Shown here in pieces: positions 24,201-37,500 of a stretch of DNA of 64,000 bases (positions are counted from its first letter, which is position 1; every line of letters begins with the position of its first letter). This DNA is from Laetmonice hystrix (taxonomy: Eukaryota), in NCBI GenBank assembly GCA_965235115.1, contig OZ249446.1, positions 2,356,001-2,420,000 on the forward strand. Direction: 5' to 3'. A program made the translations under genes and the position numbers. Under the pieces are notes generated by a model. The model did not search any database, was not told where the DNA came from, and was given only the letters and a program-made list of their open reading frames with translations.

Positions 24201-27200
24201 TGGCCCCCTTCACAGTATACTGGCCCTTCTTCTGCTGGGTAAGTTCAGGCGTTTAGGTAGAGTCTCGCGTTCAATTTAGAAATGAATAACGCCAGGGTAT
24301 AGAGATTATACAAATGATCAGAATCTGGAGAGTAGGACCCTACTTACATGATGTAGCTTCAGGTCATATATGTCCATGAGCCAATAAACAGATGTGGTCA
24401 GTTTAATGTTCCCACCGTTTGGTCCCATGACCCATCCTCTATATGTGTGTAGATCTTGATACCCTCAACCTGTATCACCCAAGTCTGGTTGACCGTTCTC
24501 AGTGAAAGGCTGGCCGTGTCACAATACATCTATGTGGAGGGGCACGGTAAAGATCCCTTGATATCTATCGATAAGAGCAGGGGTTCGCCCGGTGTGCGGG
24601 TTTCTTCCTATCATCTCATCATTAACACACAATGGATTTCACCGACTGAGTTAGTTACCTTGTCTCGCCCTGATATAGCTGAAATACTGCTGACTGGGCG
24701 TTAAACATCGACTACTCACTCCACCGATCTACGGGGAGAGTTCTTACCAAAGTATAGGCCAAGAAGGGCAGTATTCCCTGGATTTAAAGACCGTCGGGAA
24801 CATAAATCAGGTTGACCTAGATAATTGTATTGACCCAATAAAGGTATATTATCTAGGCCTCACTGCTCTAATTAATTTGCAGGTATTGGTGTAGATGATA
24901 TGTTTGTCATAATTCACGCGTTCGACCATCTCCCGACGCGAATCCTGAAGGATGACCCAATTCCCGAACAAGTTGGCCTCGCTCTGAAATCGGCCGGCGT
25001 TTCCGTCACACTGACGTCACTAACTGATATAGCAGCGTTCTCAATCGGAGCAACAACGGTAACATTTTACAGATATAATCGAAGTCATATGTTCGACATG
25101 CAAGGCATCAATATGTAGTGTTTAAAAATGAAAGTGGATGGCTCTGTAATTAAAGTCCCTATACATGTAATTAACTTCATGCCCTATCTATAAAATGATT
25201 ATGTGGACCCCAAAAATCGTTTAAAAAGAACAAAATTTTTTACAGTTATTTTTCTTGTATCCAGGTTCTTCCCGCGCTGCGAACGTTCTGCATCTACTGT
25301 GCCATCGGGATCCTGGGCACGTACATATTTCAGATTACGTTTTTTGTGGCGGCCCTCTCCCTGAACCGACGCCGTATACTTGCGCATCGTGACGCCTGCC
25401 TCTGCTGTAACGAGCTCAGCCCCGACTACCGACCCAACAACTGCAGTCAGAAATCTGCCATGTCAAAAATAGTGAAGAAAATATACGCTCCCGGAATTAC
25501 GAGAATTCCTGTCAAGGTGAGTCGTCCTTACACAATTTCTTCACTCAGTTACTCTTTTTTTGGTGGTTTCATGAGACTATTTTTTAGGATGCCAAGCAGA
25601 CTATCCGAGTCTATTTTAACTTGTCGATTTCTCATAGTTGCTCCTCTCCTGAACTGGTAAATAATTGAATATCATCTTGAGACACGCTGTTCTTCCCCCT
25701 TAATACCGTTTCGATATTTCCCAGATCGTCATCTTATTGGTGGGGTTTGGCATAGCAGCTGGTGCCTCATACGGCGTTTACAAACTAGAAGCCAAGCCAA
25801 CTCTGAGAAACTTGTTCGCCTCGGGATCCTATCCCCGCGACTACCTCGAGTATGTGCTCGACGTGTACCCCGCCGAGGGCGACAGAGCCGCCCTGTATTT
25901 AGGTGGGTCCCTACTTCATGGATCCAAAAAGTACCCTAGTAGTTGTAGTAGTCGTAGTCGTAGTCTTAGTCATAGTCGCTGTAGTAATTTCCATGGCCTG
26001 AATTGAACAATATACATGTATTTTAACTATAGCGTTGTGTTTGCAGGCAATATTGACTATTACAACGACTTCAGCAGAGTTCTCAGCGTCCACGAGAGAC
26101 TGCAGGAAGATTTTCACATTGACAACCGATCTATCCAGAGTTGGTACATCACATTCCGAGATTGGCTACACGACACCCTGCCCGCCAATACCTCCTTCAA
26201 TGCCGGTACATCAACCTATACGGGCCCTCATGCGGGACAATAATCTAAGCGATATTTGCTATAGGGCAATCTTAATATTCCAGTTTCCGACACCAACCAA
26301 ACTCTATAAGTGCATCATTAAGTTCTACGTAAATCCTTAAGGAACGCTGTAACGGGGGATACCCAGCCCTGTCTCGATTACGCATATGAAAAGAGACCAA
26401 CGTGAGAAAATTGGTGGTGATCTTGCCCATGGATAAAGTTACTAATGGTCACTGGTTACGAGGAACCAGCGACCTGATCCCATCCACCATCCACGTCCGG
26501 CCAGGTATACCTCCCGCCAGCCGGGAGGTTCGGTGGACAGGGCGCTGTACTCACCACACTGATTTATCAGATTCAGATTTTAATCCGATTCCCTATAGTA
26601 TTTCCTAGCGACTCGCCGTGCAATGTTGGCCTGAACCCATCCGTTTGACCTTCAGATGGCCTACCGGAAACGGAAGAGGAATTCTACTCCTTCCTGCAGG
26701 ACTTCATTCAGATATCACTTGGACAGCGCTTCGCAACTGACATAGTCTTTAACGGTGAAAGCGAAATCATTGTAAGTATCAAATAAAGGGCCTGGTCCAC
26801 TAAGGCGATTGCCCTTGGGATCTCTATACGATTTTGACATCACCCTTTTATTTCACTGTGATTTTGAGATTAAAGGATGGACCCCATTTCCTGAAACAGG
26901 GCAGGCCAGTCAGGAAAGATTTCAGAGTGAAATTCCACCATTTATGGCCTAAATGGATCAGACCCTGAATATTTATTGCAAAAGCTTTAAAAGTCCTACT
27001 CAAGGTCGGACAGGTGTTCCGCGAGAGTCAGTTAGTTGTAGTTGTCAAAGTGAAGGTAGTATTTATTAATAGTTTCGTTTTTGAACAACCTCTCAGTCTG
27101 ACCGTCAAATACATAATCTATTATCTAGTTTTTTTAACCTCTCAGTCTGACCGTTAAATACATAATCTATTACCGAGTTTTTTTAACCTCTCAGTCTGAC

Positions 27201-30200
27201 CGTCAAATACATAATCTATTACCGAGTTTTTTTAACCTCTCAGTCTGACCTTCAAATACATAATCTATTACCGAGTTTTTTTTAACCTCTCAGTCTGACC
27301 GTCAAATACATAATCTATTACCGAGTTTTTTAACCTCTCAGTCTGACCGTCAAATACATAATCTATTACCGAGTTTTTTTTAACCTCTCAGTCTGACCGT
27401 CAAATACATAATCTATTACCGAGGTTTTTTTAACCTCTCAGTCTGACCGTCAAATACATAATCTATTACCGAGTTTTTTTTAACCTCTGTCTGACCGTCA
27501 AATACATAATCTATTACCGAGGTTTTTTTAACCTCTCAGTCTGACCGTCAAATACATAATCTATTACCGAGGTTTTTTTAACCTCTCAGTCTGACCGTCA
27601 AATACATAATCTATTACCGAGTTTTTTTTAACCTCTGTCTGACCGTCAAATACATAATCTATTACCGAGGTTTTTTTAACCTCTCAGTCTGACCGTCAAA
27701 TACATAATCTATTACCGAGGTTTTTTAACCTCTCAGTCTGACCGTCAAATACATAATCTATTACGGAGTTTTTTTTAACCTCTCAGTCTGACCGTCAAAT
27801 ACATAATCTATTACCGAGGTTTTTTTAACCTCTCAGTCTGGCCGTCAAATACATAATCTATTACCGAGGTTTTTTTAACCTCTCAGTCTGACCGTCAAAT
27901 ACATAATCTATAACCGAGGTTTTTTAACCTCTCAGTCTGACCGTCAAATACATAATCTATTACCGAGTTTTACGGCTGTTACAGGCATCCAGGGTGAACC
28001 TCCAGCATGCCTTTGTCACAGAAGCAGAAGATCAGATCCAGGCAGTAGATAACATCCGGGAAATCGCAGATTCTTCCGGATTTGATGCAGTGGATTGCTT
28101 CCCGTATGGAGCAACGTACGTCAACATCGAAGTCAACAGGGTAAATAAGATAGTACTGAGGTAGTCACTGTTCTCTAAGGTTGCTCTGGGAGTAGCTATA
28201 CTCCTGCAATGCTCCTCTATATCTATTTCAAGTACAACCCATTGGATGCCATATCGCATCGCATATCGATATCGGGAGGTCTGAGTATAGTTAGTAAGGT
28301 CGTCGATGTTCTCAGACAGGCCAGTCTCCCTGCAGAGTTCTGTTCCGTATCCTGCAGATCATCCGTGATGAGCTCTACCGGAACCTGGGCCTGGCGTTCC
28401 TCATTGTCGCCGTGGTGACGTTTCCGCTTATTGCCGAGTTCCGCGCATGTTTCTACGTGCTCCTCGCTGTTATCATGACATTGGTGTGTATCTGGGCACT
28501 CCAGTAACCGGCTTGTTAAATAAACCTCATGGGTCTATTAAATAACCCTGTATACATGTCAGGCCTGTAGCCAGGGTCGGGACGGTGGGGTGTGTGTGTG
28601 GTGGGGGTGTGGGGAATCCTCCTTCCAATGGATAAAGGACCACCTTTTAGTAAGATAACATTGTTAGAAAACATGCTTTTCTGGTCAGTCTTCAGTGAAG
28701 AGCAATACCTCGTTCAATGGGAGCTCTGGCTGTTAGTCTTACTTCTCCCGAAAGACCCACTTTTTCTATATAAAAAAAGTAGTCAATAAGGTCCAACTCT
28801 TCTGAAATCCTGGCTACAAGTCTGCACCTTATCGGATGCTAAAATAGGATGCTATGCTTCATACCAATCGTTGTATTATTACGTTAACATAGGATGCCAT
28901 GCTTCATTATGAATCGTTGTATTATTACGTTAACATAGGATGCCATGCTTCATACGAATCGTTGTATTATTACGTTAACATAGGATGCCATGCTTCATAC
29001 CAATCGTTGTATTATTACGTTAACATAGGATGCCATGCTTCATACGAATCGTTGTATTATTACGTTAACATAGGATGCTATGCTTCATTATGAATCGTTG
29101 TATTATTACGTTGAATGTAAAATGATCGATTTTATTGGGACTTGAAGATGCATCCCATCGCCCCTCACGTGTATTAGAATGTTGACTGGTGTCATGACTG
29201 TGATCGCCCCTCACGTGTATTAGAATGTTGACTGGTGTCATGTGATCGCCCCTCACGTGTATTAGAATGTTGACTGGTGTCATGACTGTGATCGCCCCTC
29301 ACGTGTATTAGAATGTTGACTGGTGTCATGTGATCGCCCCTCACGTGTATCAGAATGTTGACTGGTGTCATGTGATCGCCCTTCACGTGTATTAGAATGT
29401 TGACTGGTGTCATGTGATCGCCCCTCACGTGTATTAGAATGTTGACTGGTGTCATGTGATCGCCCCTCACGTGTATTAGAATGTTGACTTGAGTCATGTG
29501 ATCGCCCGTTACGTGTAATGTTGACTGGTGTCATGTGATCGCCCCTCACGTGTATCAGAATGTTGACTGGTGTCATGTGATCGCCCCTCACGTGTATCAG
29601 AATGTTGACTGGTGTCATGTGATCGCCCTTCACGTGTATTAGAATGTTGACTGGTGTCATGTGATCGCCCCTCACGTGTATTAGAATGTTGACTGGTGTC
29701 ATGTGATCGCCCCTCACGTGTATTAGAATGTTGACTGGTGTCATGTGATCGCCCGTCACGTGTATTAGAATGTTGACTGGAGTCATGTGATCGCCCGTTA
29801 CGTGTAATGTTGACTGGTGTCATGTGATCGCCCTTCACGTGTATCAGAATGTTGACTGGTGTCATGTGATCGCCCCTCACGTGTATCAGAATGTTGACTG
29901 GTGTCATGTGATCGCCCCTCACGTGTATTAGAATGTTGACTGGTGTCATGTGATCGCCCTTCACGTGTATTAGAATGTTGACTGGTGTCATGTGATCGCC
30001 CCACACGTGTATTAGAATGTTGACTGGTGTCATGTGATCGCCCCACACGTGTATTAGAATGTTGACTGGTGTCATGTGATCGCCCGTCACGTGTATTAGA
30101 ATGTTGACTGGAGTCATGTGATCGCCCCTCACGTGTATTAGAATGTTGACTGGTGTCATGTGATCGCCCCTCACGTGTATTAGAATGTTGACTGGAGTCA

Positions 30201-31712
30201 TGTGATCGCCCGTTACGTGTAATGTTGACTGGTGTCATGTGATCGCCCCTCACGTGTATTAGAATGTTGACTGGTGTCATGTGATCGCCCCTCACGTGTA
30301 TTAGAATGTTGACTGGTGTCATGTGATCGCCCCTCACGTGTATTAGAATGTTGACTGGTGTCATGTGATCGCCCGTTACGTGTAATGTTGACTGGTGTCA
30401 TGTGATCGCCCGTTACGTGTAATGTTGACTGGTGTCATGTGATCGCCCCTCACGTGTATTAGAATGTTGACTGGTGTCATGTGATCGCCCCTCACGTGTA
30501 TTAGAATGTTGACTGGTGTCATGTGATCGCCCCTCACGTGTATTAGAATGTTGACTGGAGTCATGTGATCGCCCGTTACGTGTAATGTTGACTGGTGTCA
30601 TGTGATCGCCCCTCACGTGTATTAGAATGTTGACTGGTGTCATGTGATCGCCCCTCACGTGTATTAGAATGTTGACTGGTGTCATGTGATCGCCCTTCAC
30701 GTGTATTAGAATGTTGACTGGTGTCATGTGATCGCCCCTCACGTGTATCAGAATGTTGACTGGTGTCATGTGATCGCCCTTCACGTGTAGTAGAATGTTG
30801 ACTAGTGTCATGTGATTGGTTGCTAGGTTGACGTAGCCGGAATTGCCCATTTTATTGGTATCACGATTGATATTGTGTCAGCCGTATCACTCATCCTGGC
30901 GATCGGACTATCCGTCGACTACGCCGCCCACGTGGCTCATGCCTTCCTCCACACAGGCGGGCCCAATAAAAACGGTAAGTTCCGGCGCAAACGTTTTCTC
31001 ACCACTTGGACGCGTCTCACTGTGAACGAAATTCTGGCCAAATCTGGTGACCGTGGCAAAGATTTCTTCTGACCGTTTCACTAAAAACACTGTCACCACC
31101 GTGGCCTATCTGTCCTCGTTGGCTCATTGACATCAAAACTAAAGATTTAAAACAGTCAGAGAGTATCTCTCATTTCAACGACTCCAAAATTCATACATCA
31201 TGGTGATTAATGAGGACTATACTTACAGTACGCACCCAGCGAACCCTGGAAGCCATTGGAATTCCTGTCTTCTTTGGGGGATTCAGCACCTTCCTGTCCT
31301 TGGCTCCACTGGTTTTTGCCTCGACCTTCGTCCTCGAAACGTTCTTCAGGGTAAGACCCTCTGACGTTCACCTTTTATCTATCTCCCCAGTGGCCGATCT
31401 AGGATTTTGAAGGGGTCAAATTTGGGTGAACGTGGGCGAGTGCCAAAGGCGTCTTTCTAGAGGGTCCAGTGGCATCTCCCGAATAATTTTGAAATTTAAG
31501 GTGCAATTTGGTGATATTTAGTGGATTTGGGAGGAAAAAGAAGGTATTAAAAGACGGGCTGTGGTGGGTTCCCATTATAGCGAGTCTCTGAAGTACGTGC
31601 ATGTGGGGCAGAAGGGGCATCTCATGCAGACTAATCTCGTTCATTTTGTCTCCTTTCCTTTTTTCTTCTTATTTATTCATTCATTCATTCATTCATTCAT
31701 TCATTCATTCAT

Positions 31713-31755
<43 letters not shown>

Positions 31756-33385
31756 TTATTAATTATGAGAGAGTATTTGTTTGCTGGCCGGCAGATTTTC
31801 CACCCTGTTTGATATTAATTATGAGAGAGTATTTGTTTGCTGGCCGGCAGATTTTCCGCCATTGTTTGATATTAATTATGAGAGAGTATTTTGTTTGCTG
31901 GCCGGCAGATTCTCCGCCGCTGTTTGATATTAATTATGAGAGAGTATTTTGTTTGCTGGCCGGCAGATCTTCCGCCATTGTTTGATATTAATTATGAGAG
32001 AGTATTTGTTTGCTGGCCGGCAGATTTTCTGCCGCTGTTTGATATTAATTATGAGAGAGTATTTTGTTTGCTGGCCGGCAGATTTTCCGCCGCTGTTTGA
32101 TATTAATTATGAGAGAGTATTTTGTTTGCTGGCCGGCAGATCTTCCGCCATTGTTTGATATTAATTATGAGAGAGTATTTGTTTGCTGGCCGGCAGATTT
32201 TCTGCCGCTGTTTGATATTAATTATGAGAGAGTATTTGTTTGCTGGCCGGCAGATTTTCTACCATTGTTTGATATTAATTATGAGAGAGTATTTTGTTTG
32301 CTGGCCGGCAGATTTTCCGCCAGTGTTTGATATTAATTATGAGAGAGTATTTGTTTGCTGGCCGGCAGATTTTCTACCATTGTTTGATATTAATTATGAG
32401 AGAGTATTTGTTTGCTGGCCGGCAGATTTTCTACCATTGTTTGATATTAATTATGAGAGAGTATTTGTTTGCTGGCCGGCAGATTTTCTGCCGCTGTTTG
32501 ATATTAATTATGAGAGAGTATTTTGTTTGCTGGCCGGCAGATTTTCCACCCTGTTTGATATTAATCATGAGAGAGTATTTTGTTTGCTGGCCGGCAGATT
32601 TTCTACCATTGTTTGATATTAATTATGAGAGAGTATTTTGTTTCCTGGTCGGCAGATTTTCGCCGGGATTGTATTATTTGGATTATTTAACGGGCTAGCC
32701 GTGCTGCCGGTTATCCTCAGCCTGATTGGACCTCCAGCTCACCGGTCAGCGGCCAAGGAAGCTCTCCACCACGACGAGTCCGAAGAGAAAGGAGACAAGG
32801 ACATTTGGATATGGACGGTGAGCAGCTCTATATTTATATCAATTTTCATCATTGTGCAATATGAGGATGTGAACCCCAACAATCTCTTACGTTCGTGTAG
32901 AGTTAATGAATGTGACAACTATATCAGTGAAAGACGACTACCCCTTAGGTTCTTGGATTAAATACACGCCTGTACAGTTATATAGCTCCCCGGAGGTAGA
33001 TATTTCTAATGGAAATACTCATTGTTGTACATAATTTAACCCGAGCGTCTCATTTGTATTGCAGACGCCAATGTCAGGAGGGTTACGTCACAGTTCGTAC
33101 GATCGGAGGTGGATGGACCAAGGTGGCGGCCCCTATCACCATAACGACTGGGGCCGATCACCAAACCACGGGTTAGCTGGCAACATGCATCCCGATAACT
33201 TCCACCTCGACCGCATGAGGTCGCTTCCACTCTACGGGCACCAGTCGCTCAGGGGTCCACGTGACCCTGTCATGATGGGCGGCCAACGGACCTCGTACCC
33301 GCCCGGCCCGGGCGGCCAACGGACCTCGTACCCGCCCGGCCCGAGCGGCCAACGGACCTCGTACCCGCCCGGCCCGCGCGGCTAA
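15261..33385 (+). CDS. Patched-domain-containing (PTCHD3/patched-related-like) sterol-sensing RND membrane protein, 19 coding exons, about 1186 aa
   Basis: Exons 15261-15970, 20003-20249, 21403-21482, 22150-22266 (GC donor), 22908-23049, 23240-23340, 23584-23707, 24115-24238, 24883-25058, 25265-25516, 25725-25902, 26047-26205, 26656-26771, 27985-28140, 28358-28483, 30827-30974, 31229-31350, 32656-32817, 33065-33385; 3561 nt in frame. SSD motifs GIGVDDMFVI, VSVTLTSLTDIAAFSIGATTVLPALRTFCIY; second RND repeat LAIGLSVDYAAHVAHAF, GGFSTFL, GLFNGLAVLPVILSLIGP. Confidence 0.93.
16000..16290. repeat. Compound minisatellite just after the exon-1 donor of the patched-domain gene
   Basis: Alternating ACTTTACCAAGGATACAGAGGGG and ACTTTACCAAGGGAGGGG subunits. 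Confidence 0.85.
16746..17310. mobile_element. Non-autonomous Kolobok-type DNA transposon, copy 2
   Basis: TTAA flanks (16742-45, 17311-14); TIR AGGGAAATGT / ACATTTCCCT; homologous to 2664-3232. Confidence 0.8.
18446..19035. repeat. 17-bp minisatellite
   Basis: Units AACTCATGTCATGTCTG and AACTCATGTCATGTCAC interspersed. Confidence 0.95.
19052..19220. mobile_element. Short G/C-rich MITE-like element
   Basis: Termini CAGGGGCGTAAC / GTTACGCCACTG; no clear TSD. Confidence 0.6.
22246..22875. repeat. 63-bp minisatellite built from the end of exon 4 plus its donor, 10 copies
   Basis: Unit GTCAACACTGTTACTGTAAGGCGAGTAAAATATAACATAAAT..; GTAAGGCGAG at 22262, 22325, 22388, 22451, 22514, 22583, 22646, 22721, 22784 and a variant at 22845. 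Confidence 0.95.
23803..24008. repeat. 17-bp minisatellite
   Basis: Unit TACATG(T/C)AGTTAGCAGT, about 12 copies. Confidence 0.93.
24490..24722 (+). mobile_element. SINE remnant, Deu/Nin-domain type
   Basis: GTAAAGATCCCTTG..GATAAGAGCAGGGGTTCGCCCGGTG resembles the Deu-domain core; 3' end CCTGATATAGCTGAAATACTGCTGACTGGGCGTTAAACA..ACTCACT. Recognised from memory, not searched. Confidence 0.55.
27090..27970. repeat. 49-51-bp minisatellite ending at the exon-14 acceptor, about 18 copies
   Basis: Unit AACCTCTCAGTCTGACCGTCAAATACATAATCTATTACCGAG(T)n. Confidence 0.95.
28560..28824. mobile_element. MITE-like element
   Basis: Termini CAGGCCTGTAGCCAGG / CCTGGCTACAAGTCTG. Confidence 0.6.
28845..29112. 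repeat. 45-bp minisatellite, about 6 copies
   Basis: Unit ATGCTTCATACGAATCGTTGTATTATTACGTTAACATAGGATGCC. Confidence 0.92.
29152..30816. repeat. 42-bp minisatellite ending at the exon-16 acceptor, about 39 copies
   Basis: Unit TCATGTGATCGCCCCTCACGTGTATTAGAATGTTGACTGGTG; source of the MTPVNILIHVRGDH ORFs. Confidence 0.97.
31670..31760. repeat. (TTCA)n-(TTTA)n microsatellite
   Basis: Directly visible tetranucleotide runs. Confidence 0.95.
31765..32660. repeat. 57/58-bp minisatellite built from the exon-18 acceptor, 16 copies
   Basis: Unit ..TATTTGTTTGCTGGCCGGCAG|ATTTTC..; the last copy (CAG 32653-55) is the functional acceptor. Confidence 0.95.
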
Positions 33386-33521
33386 CTGACCTCGTACCCG
33401 CCCGGGCCGCGCCTGACGTCACTTCCTGCTATTCAAATTACCCATAATGGCGACGTGATACATGAGGAGCATTCGGAAAACCTCGGCCCAACTTCCGGTT
33501 GTGGTCTCGGACCTCGCAAGC

Positions 33522-34115
33522 CGTAGAGATATGACAGTGATTCCACGGGTTTGGGGACTTCACAACTCGCGTAGTGCGCAACGGCGCAAAGTAGTTCATA
33601 GACCGTCGGTATTCGGCCTAACGCGGGATTGTTCATCAGGAAAGATGGATAATTTCCGAGGATTTGCAGTCTCAATCGTTCTTAGCAGCCGCGACACATT
33701 CGGTTTTGCAGTATTTATGAAATCATACGACTTTACTAGCTTGCATCAACATAAGAAATGACGTCATACGCCCGAAGGAATCCCGAGGGAATCCCAAGTG
33801 AGACAGCTTGTCCGTGGGACAAACGTTGACCTCCGTCTGACGATAAACAATGCCAATAGGAATGTCAACATCTCAAAAAGTATCTATAGAGACCTACATA
33901 TATTTTCTCTGATGTCTAATCCACTTGTCAGAGGTATCAAGCGGAGATCTGTTTTTAAACAAGCCAGACACTGCTTGTCTTTCACCTTTGTCGGTGTGTC
34001 GGCCGTCGCCATTTTGACCACGTTGTGTCACGTGATAAAAGAAGATCAAACATGGTGACAACTGTGCGTGGGCCGAGAGGATCTGGCCCGGACAGCCCCG
34101 AGGTGGGCCGAATGA
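33522..34115. mobile_element. Unclassified dispersed repeat, copy 2 (no nested insertion)
   Basis: Homologous to 13239-13812 plus 14230-14268. A weak terminal inverted repeat suggests it may start near 33458. Confidence 0.8.
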
Positions 34116-34287
34116 CATGATGAGTTGGACCTGTGTAACGAGGCAGTGATTGAGCCGTCCCCAGTAAACCATAAGTTTCGGTTTGGGAAACGATTTCAAC
34201 TGGATTTGGTGTGGAATACGTTTGGAAAATGCGATAAAAACGTTGTCAACAAGTTTTCAAAACGTTTGAAAGCCAGGGCGTTGTGCA

Positions 34288-34560
34288 AACGTTTTCCTTG
34301 GGTAGGATATGGTGCCCTGTGGGGTAGGTGTACGGTGTCCAGAAGTGAACGTTTTCCTTGGGCTTTCATTCCACAGGATATGGTGCCCTGTGGGGTAGGT
34401 GTACGGTGTCCAGAAGTGAACGTTTTCCTTGGGCTTTCATTCCCCAGGATATGGTGCCCTGTGGGGTAGGTGTACGGTGTCCAGAAGTGAACGTTTTCCT
34501 TGGGCTTTCATTCCCCAGGATATGGTGCCCTGTGGGGTAGGTGTACGGTATCCGGAAGTT
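34288..34560. repeat. 71-bp tandem repeat, about 4 copies
   Basis: AACGTTTTCCTTGGG recurs at 34348, 34419 and 34490. Confidence 0.9.
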
Positions 34561-37500
34561 TGCTCATAGCTTTCGCCTAACAACTGATGGTTTCAGGATT
34601 TAGAGGTAGTCCTACGTGAAATTTTACAGGTACTACACAGGACGGTCGACTTTGCAAAGACGGGGATAAACGCGTAGGGGCCCGATTTTGCCGGTAAAAA
34701 GTCATGTGTTGCAGGGAGGTAAGCGGAACGAGCCCCTCTGCATTATGGGAGATTGCCGAGCTTACTTCCGAGCAGGAATTACCTCGGGATTCCCGATCGA
34801 TTGGCGTATGCCAACAGAGGGCGTGATGATCAAGGCTGACAAATTATTTGGACGTCAACTTTTGGAAGTAGTGCAGAAGTGCAGAAGAAGAAGAGCTACG
34901 TACGCGACCCCTGGTGGTAAGAGTGCGAACCTTATACTCACTGCCAGCGACACCTTGCGGGGATGGAGGGGAACCAAGAGATGTGTCTGAGGACTTGGGA
35001 GGCTGGAATGATCGGAATAAAATATTGATTTTTACTCGGATTCTGATCTTATTCCGATTCTTATTTAATTGTGAGGCATTCTTTTTGTGAGGAAACAGCG
35101 ACAGATTAAAGGAAATATGTCACGGGGGGTATCGACCGAAATCTCCAGTTTTCTGCTTACCTGCTCACCACTGACGTACTTTATGGCACTGATTGTTTCT
35201 CATATTGATTCTGTTAACACATACGTACATATACTACGAGTAGACAGCTGTGAAATTATCCCTAATGTAGAAAAATGAATAAAACTAGCTGTAGTGTCCG
35301 CAAAGTGCGATGAATCCGCCATTTTGGCCCCCTTTGGCTGCCGCGAATCGTTTGAACGGGTCCTATGATCACGTGACTCTCACTGTGATTACCCGAGATG
35401 TAAACACGCGCTATAATGGCCCATCCGCCGATCGTGTGAAAAGGGTGCAAAACACAGCCGGTTGCAAATCCCGGGGTCTCGGAATCTAAGTACATGTATG
35501 TCATTTTCAGTGACTGCATTAACAATTGGCGATTTTTTTTTTTTACAAAATACTAGCCAAAGCTACATAAACAGGTAGGGGACCTTTGGGACATATCGGA
35601 GAACCGCAATGCAAACATATTTTTTGCTGAAACACGACGTATTATTTGAAATTTGTAACATATTACCTTCAAGATCAAGTAATTTACCGTGGGTGCCTAT
35701 AATCCTGGTGGTTGTTGAAACGTAAACTAAACCCCTACCCCATTTACATAAATACTATTTTTTTTATAGAAACAAAGAAAGAACTCCGGTATCTTTAAAT
35801 GCATAACTTATAAATGCAAGCTTAATTAACATCTTCTTTTCGTCTTCGTCTTAGATATTTCGTATTTTCCAGTAAGCTGCTGTTTCCGCCGACCTGGGCG
35901 CAACATGATGAAAGGACCACGTTTGGCCTCAGGCGCCAGACATGAAGTTATCTTAACGAGGTTACTCCCGCCAAAGCTCAGATAACCTCACAATTATAAC
36001 AAGGATCGGTGCATCTAACAATGTGATAAACACTGGCATAATGTGAGCTGAACAAAATTATTCAATTCATGATCATAGTGCACGGTGAAAAAAACAACGA
36101 ACAGTTCGACAATTCCTCAATTAGTTATCATAACTAAAAGTACAGTTCGGATTTTTGTAAACTTAGTATAAAAGGGTCAGATGACACCATGTTGGTACTT
36201 CTGTTATCGCCAGACCCTTTTTTACTATTTATTTGGAAAGTAAAACTAACCTGACTTGCCTTAAAGAGGCAGGTAAAATTCCTCATTAACGTACCTTTAA
36301 ACATCAGTAACACCATGTGAAGTGTCTAAGGTCGCTTATTGGGGCATGTTAACAAATACAGAGTTTGTGTGCGGCTATCGTTTCCAACCCTCTCTGAAAT
36401 CGTCAATGAATCTGCCGCCATCATGGGCATGTTTCTAGTAAAAGTGGAATCGCAGTGGGACGGGAATAGCGGCACCCTGGCTGGGAATCTGCGTGGTTCG
36501 TTCCGCCTGGCGGCCACGTAACAATTCGTGGACAAGTAGGGCAGACAAGCAGACGAAGTCAGCGGGAGAATGCCTAGCTACATTTCAGTTAATTATTCCT
36601 TTATTAAAGACCAGACCATCACAGGATTGTAGGTAGGAACAAGCTTGTTCATGCTGAACACCCTTATATTGATAGTTTGAACTTTTCTATGGCCTTTAAA
36701 GCTCGCTGTTGGGCCACCGTCAAACCTGCAGAGGCAGTAGGGTTACATTTCGCATGTGAACGTCTGCGGTCTGTGTCAACTGAACAAGATACAGTCCTCA
36801 CTGGTACCCGACCCTGGCCCTGTCGACCACGTGGACCCAGGCCACCTGCTCTCTCAGCTGACAGAACCACGTGGGGACATTTCCCATAGTGGCACAGACA
36901 CGTACTTGGTGTAGATTTAGGCAATAATGGTAGGAGCAGGTTTAGGGACAGGTGTCATTTATTTAGGGAGGCATGGAGATTCAGAATAAGGGGTCAGTTT
37001 AGGTCCCAGGCTAGGAAGAGCCCAAACTTCATGAAGATGTTAACACGGGAGGGGGGGGGGCAGAACTTCGCGTCCGAGAATCCATTGAAAGTCGTAATAA
37101 AACAGTTTAGATACGAGACATCGGTGTAGCAACACTGTACCCGTGGGAAAGAGCCATCCTTATCTTACCAGGTTGACATTCAGCTAGTCTAATTGCATTT
37201 AATCATCAATTACACGCCGTTCTCTGCGCGACAACTGCCCCGTTGGTGTTTTTCTGTCGACTCCTGATCAATTTATGGCGTCGGATTGTCACCACTGGCC
37301 CCTGGTGGTCGCCGCCGACACTGTCTGTCGTACTATACTCTCATAGTGAACCCTGCTATGGTGTTTTCTTGTTCCTGTCTGTGAATGGATTAACAGTAGG
37401 ATTCACACATTACTTCAACATGATAAAGTAATGACAAATAGTCACCATGATTGCATGCAATCCCATTTCCCCTGGTTAATCAGTGTAACAGGCCTAGAAA

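Noticed and set aside
29065-30850. MTPVNILIHVRGDH and HDTSQHSNTREGRS ORFs
   Set aside because: Translations of the 42-bp minisatellite.
35107-36300. TTAAAGG starts suggesting further Kolobok elements (35106, 36293-36300)
   Set aside because: No matching partner terminus could be paired convincingly.
36664-36924. ORFs faintly like a TSR repeat (RTVSC..KC) or an integrase zinc motif (VCGLCQLNK)
   Set aside because: Too short, conflicting frames, no supporting exons or motifs.
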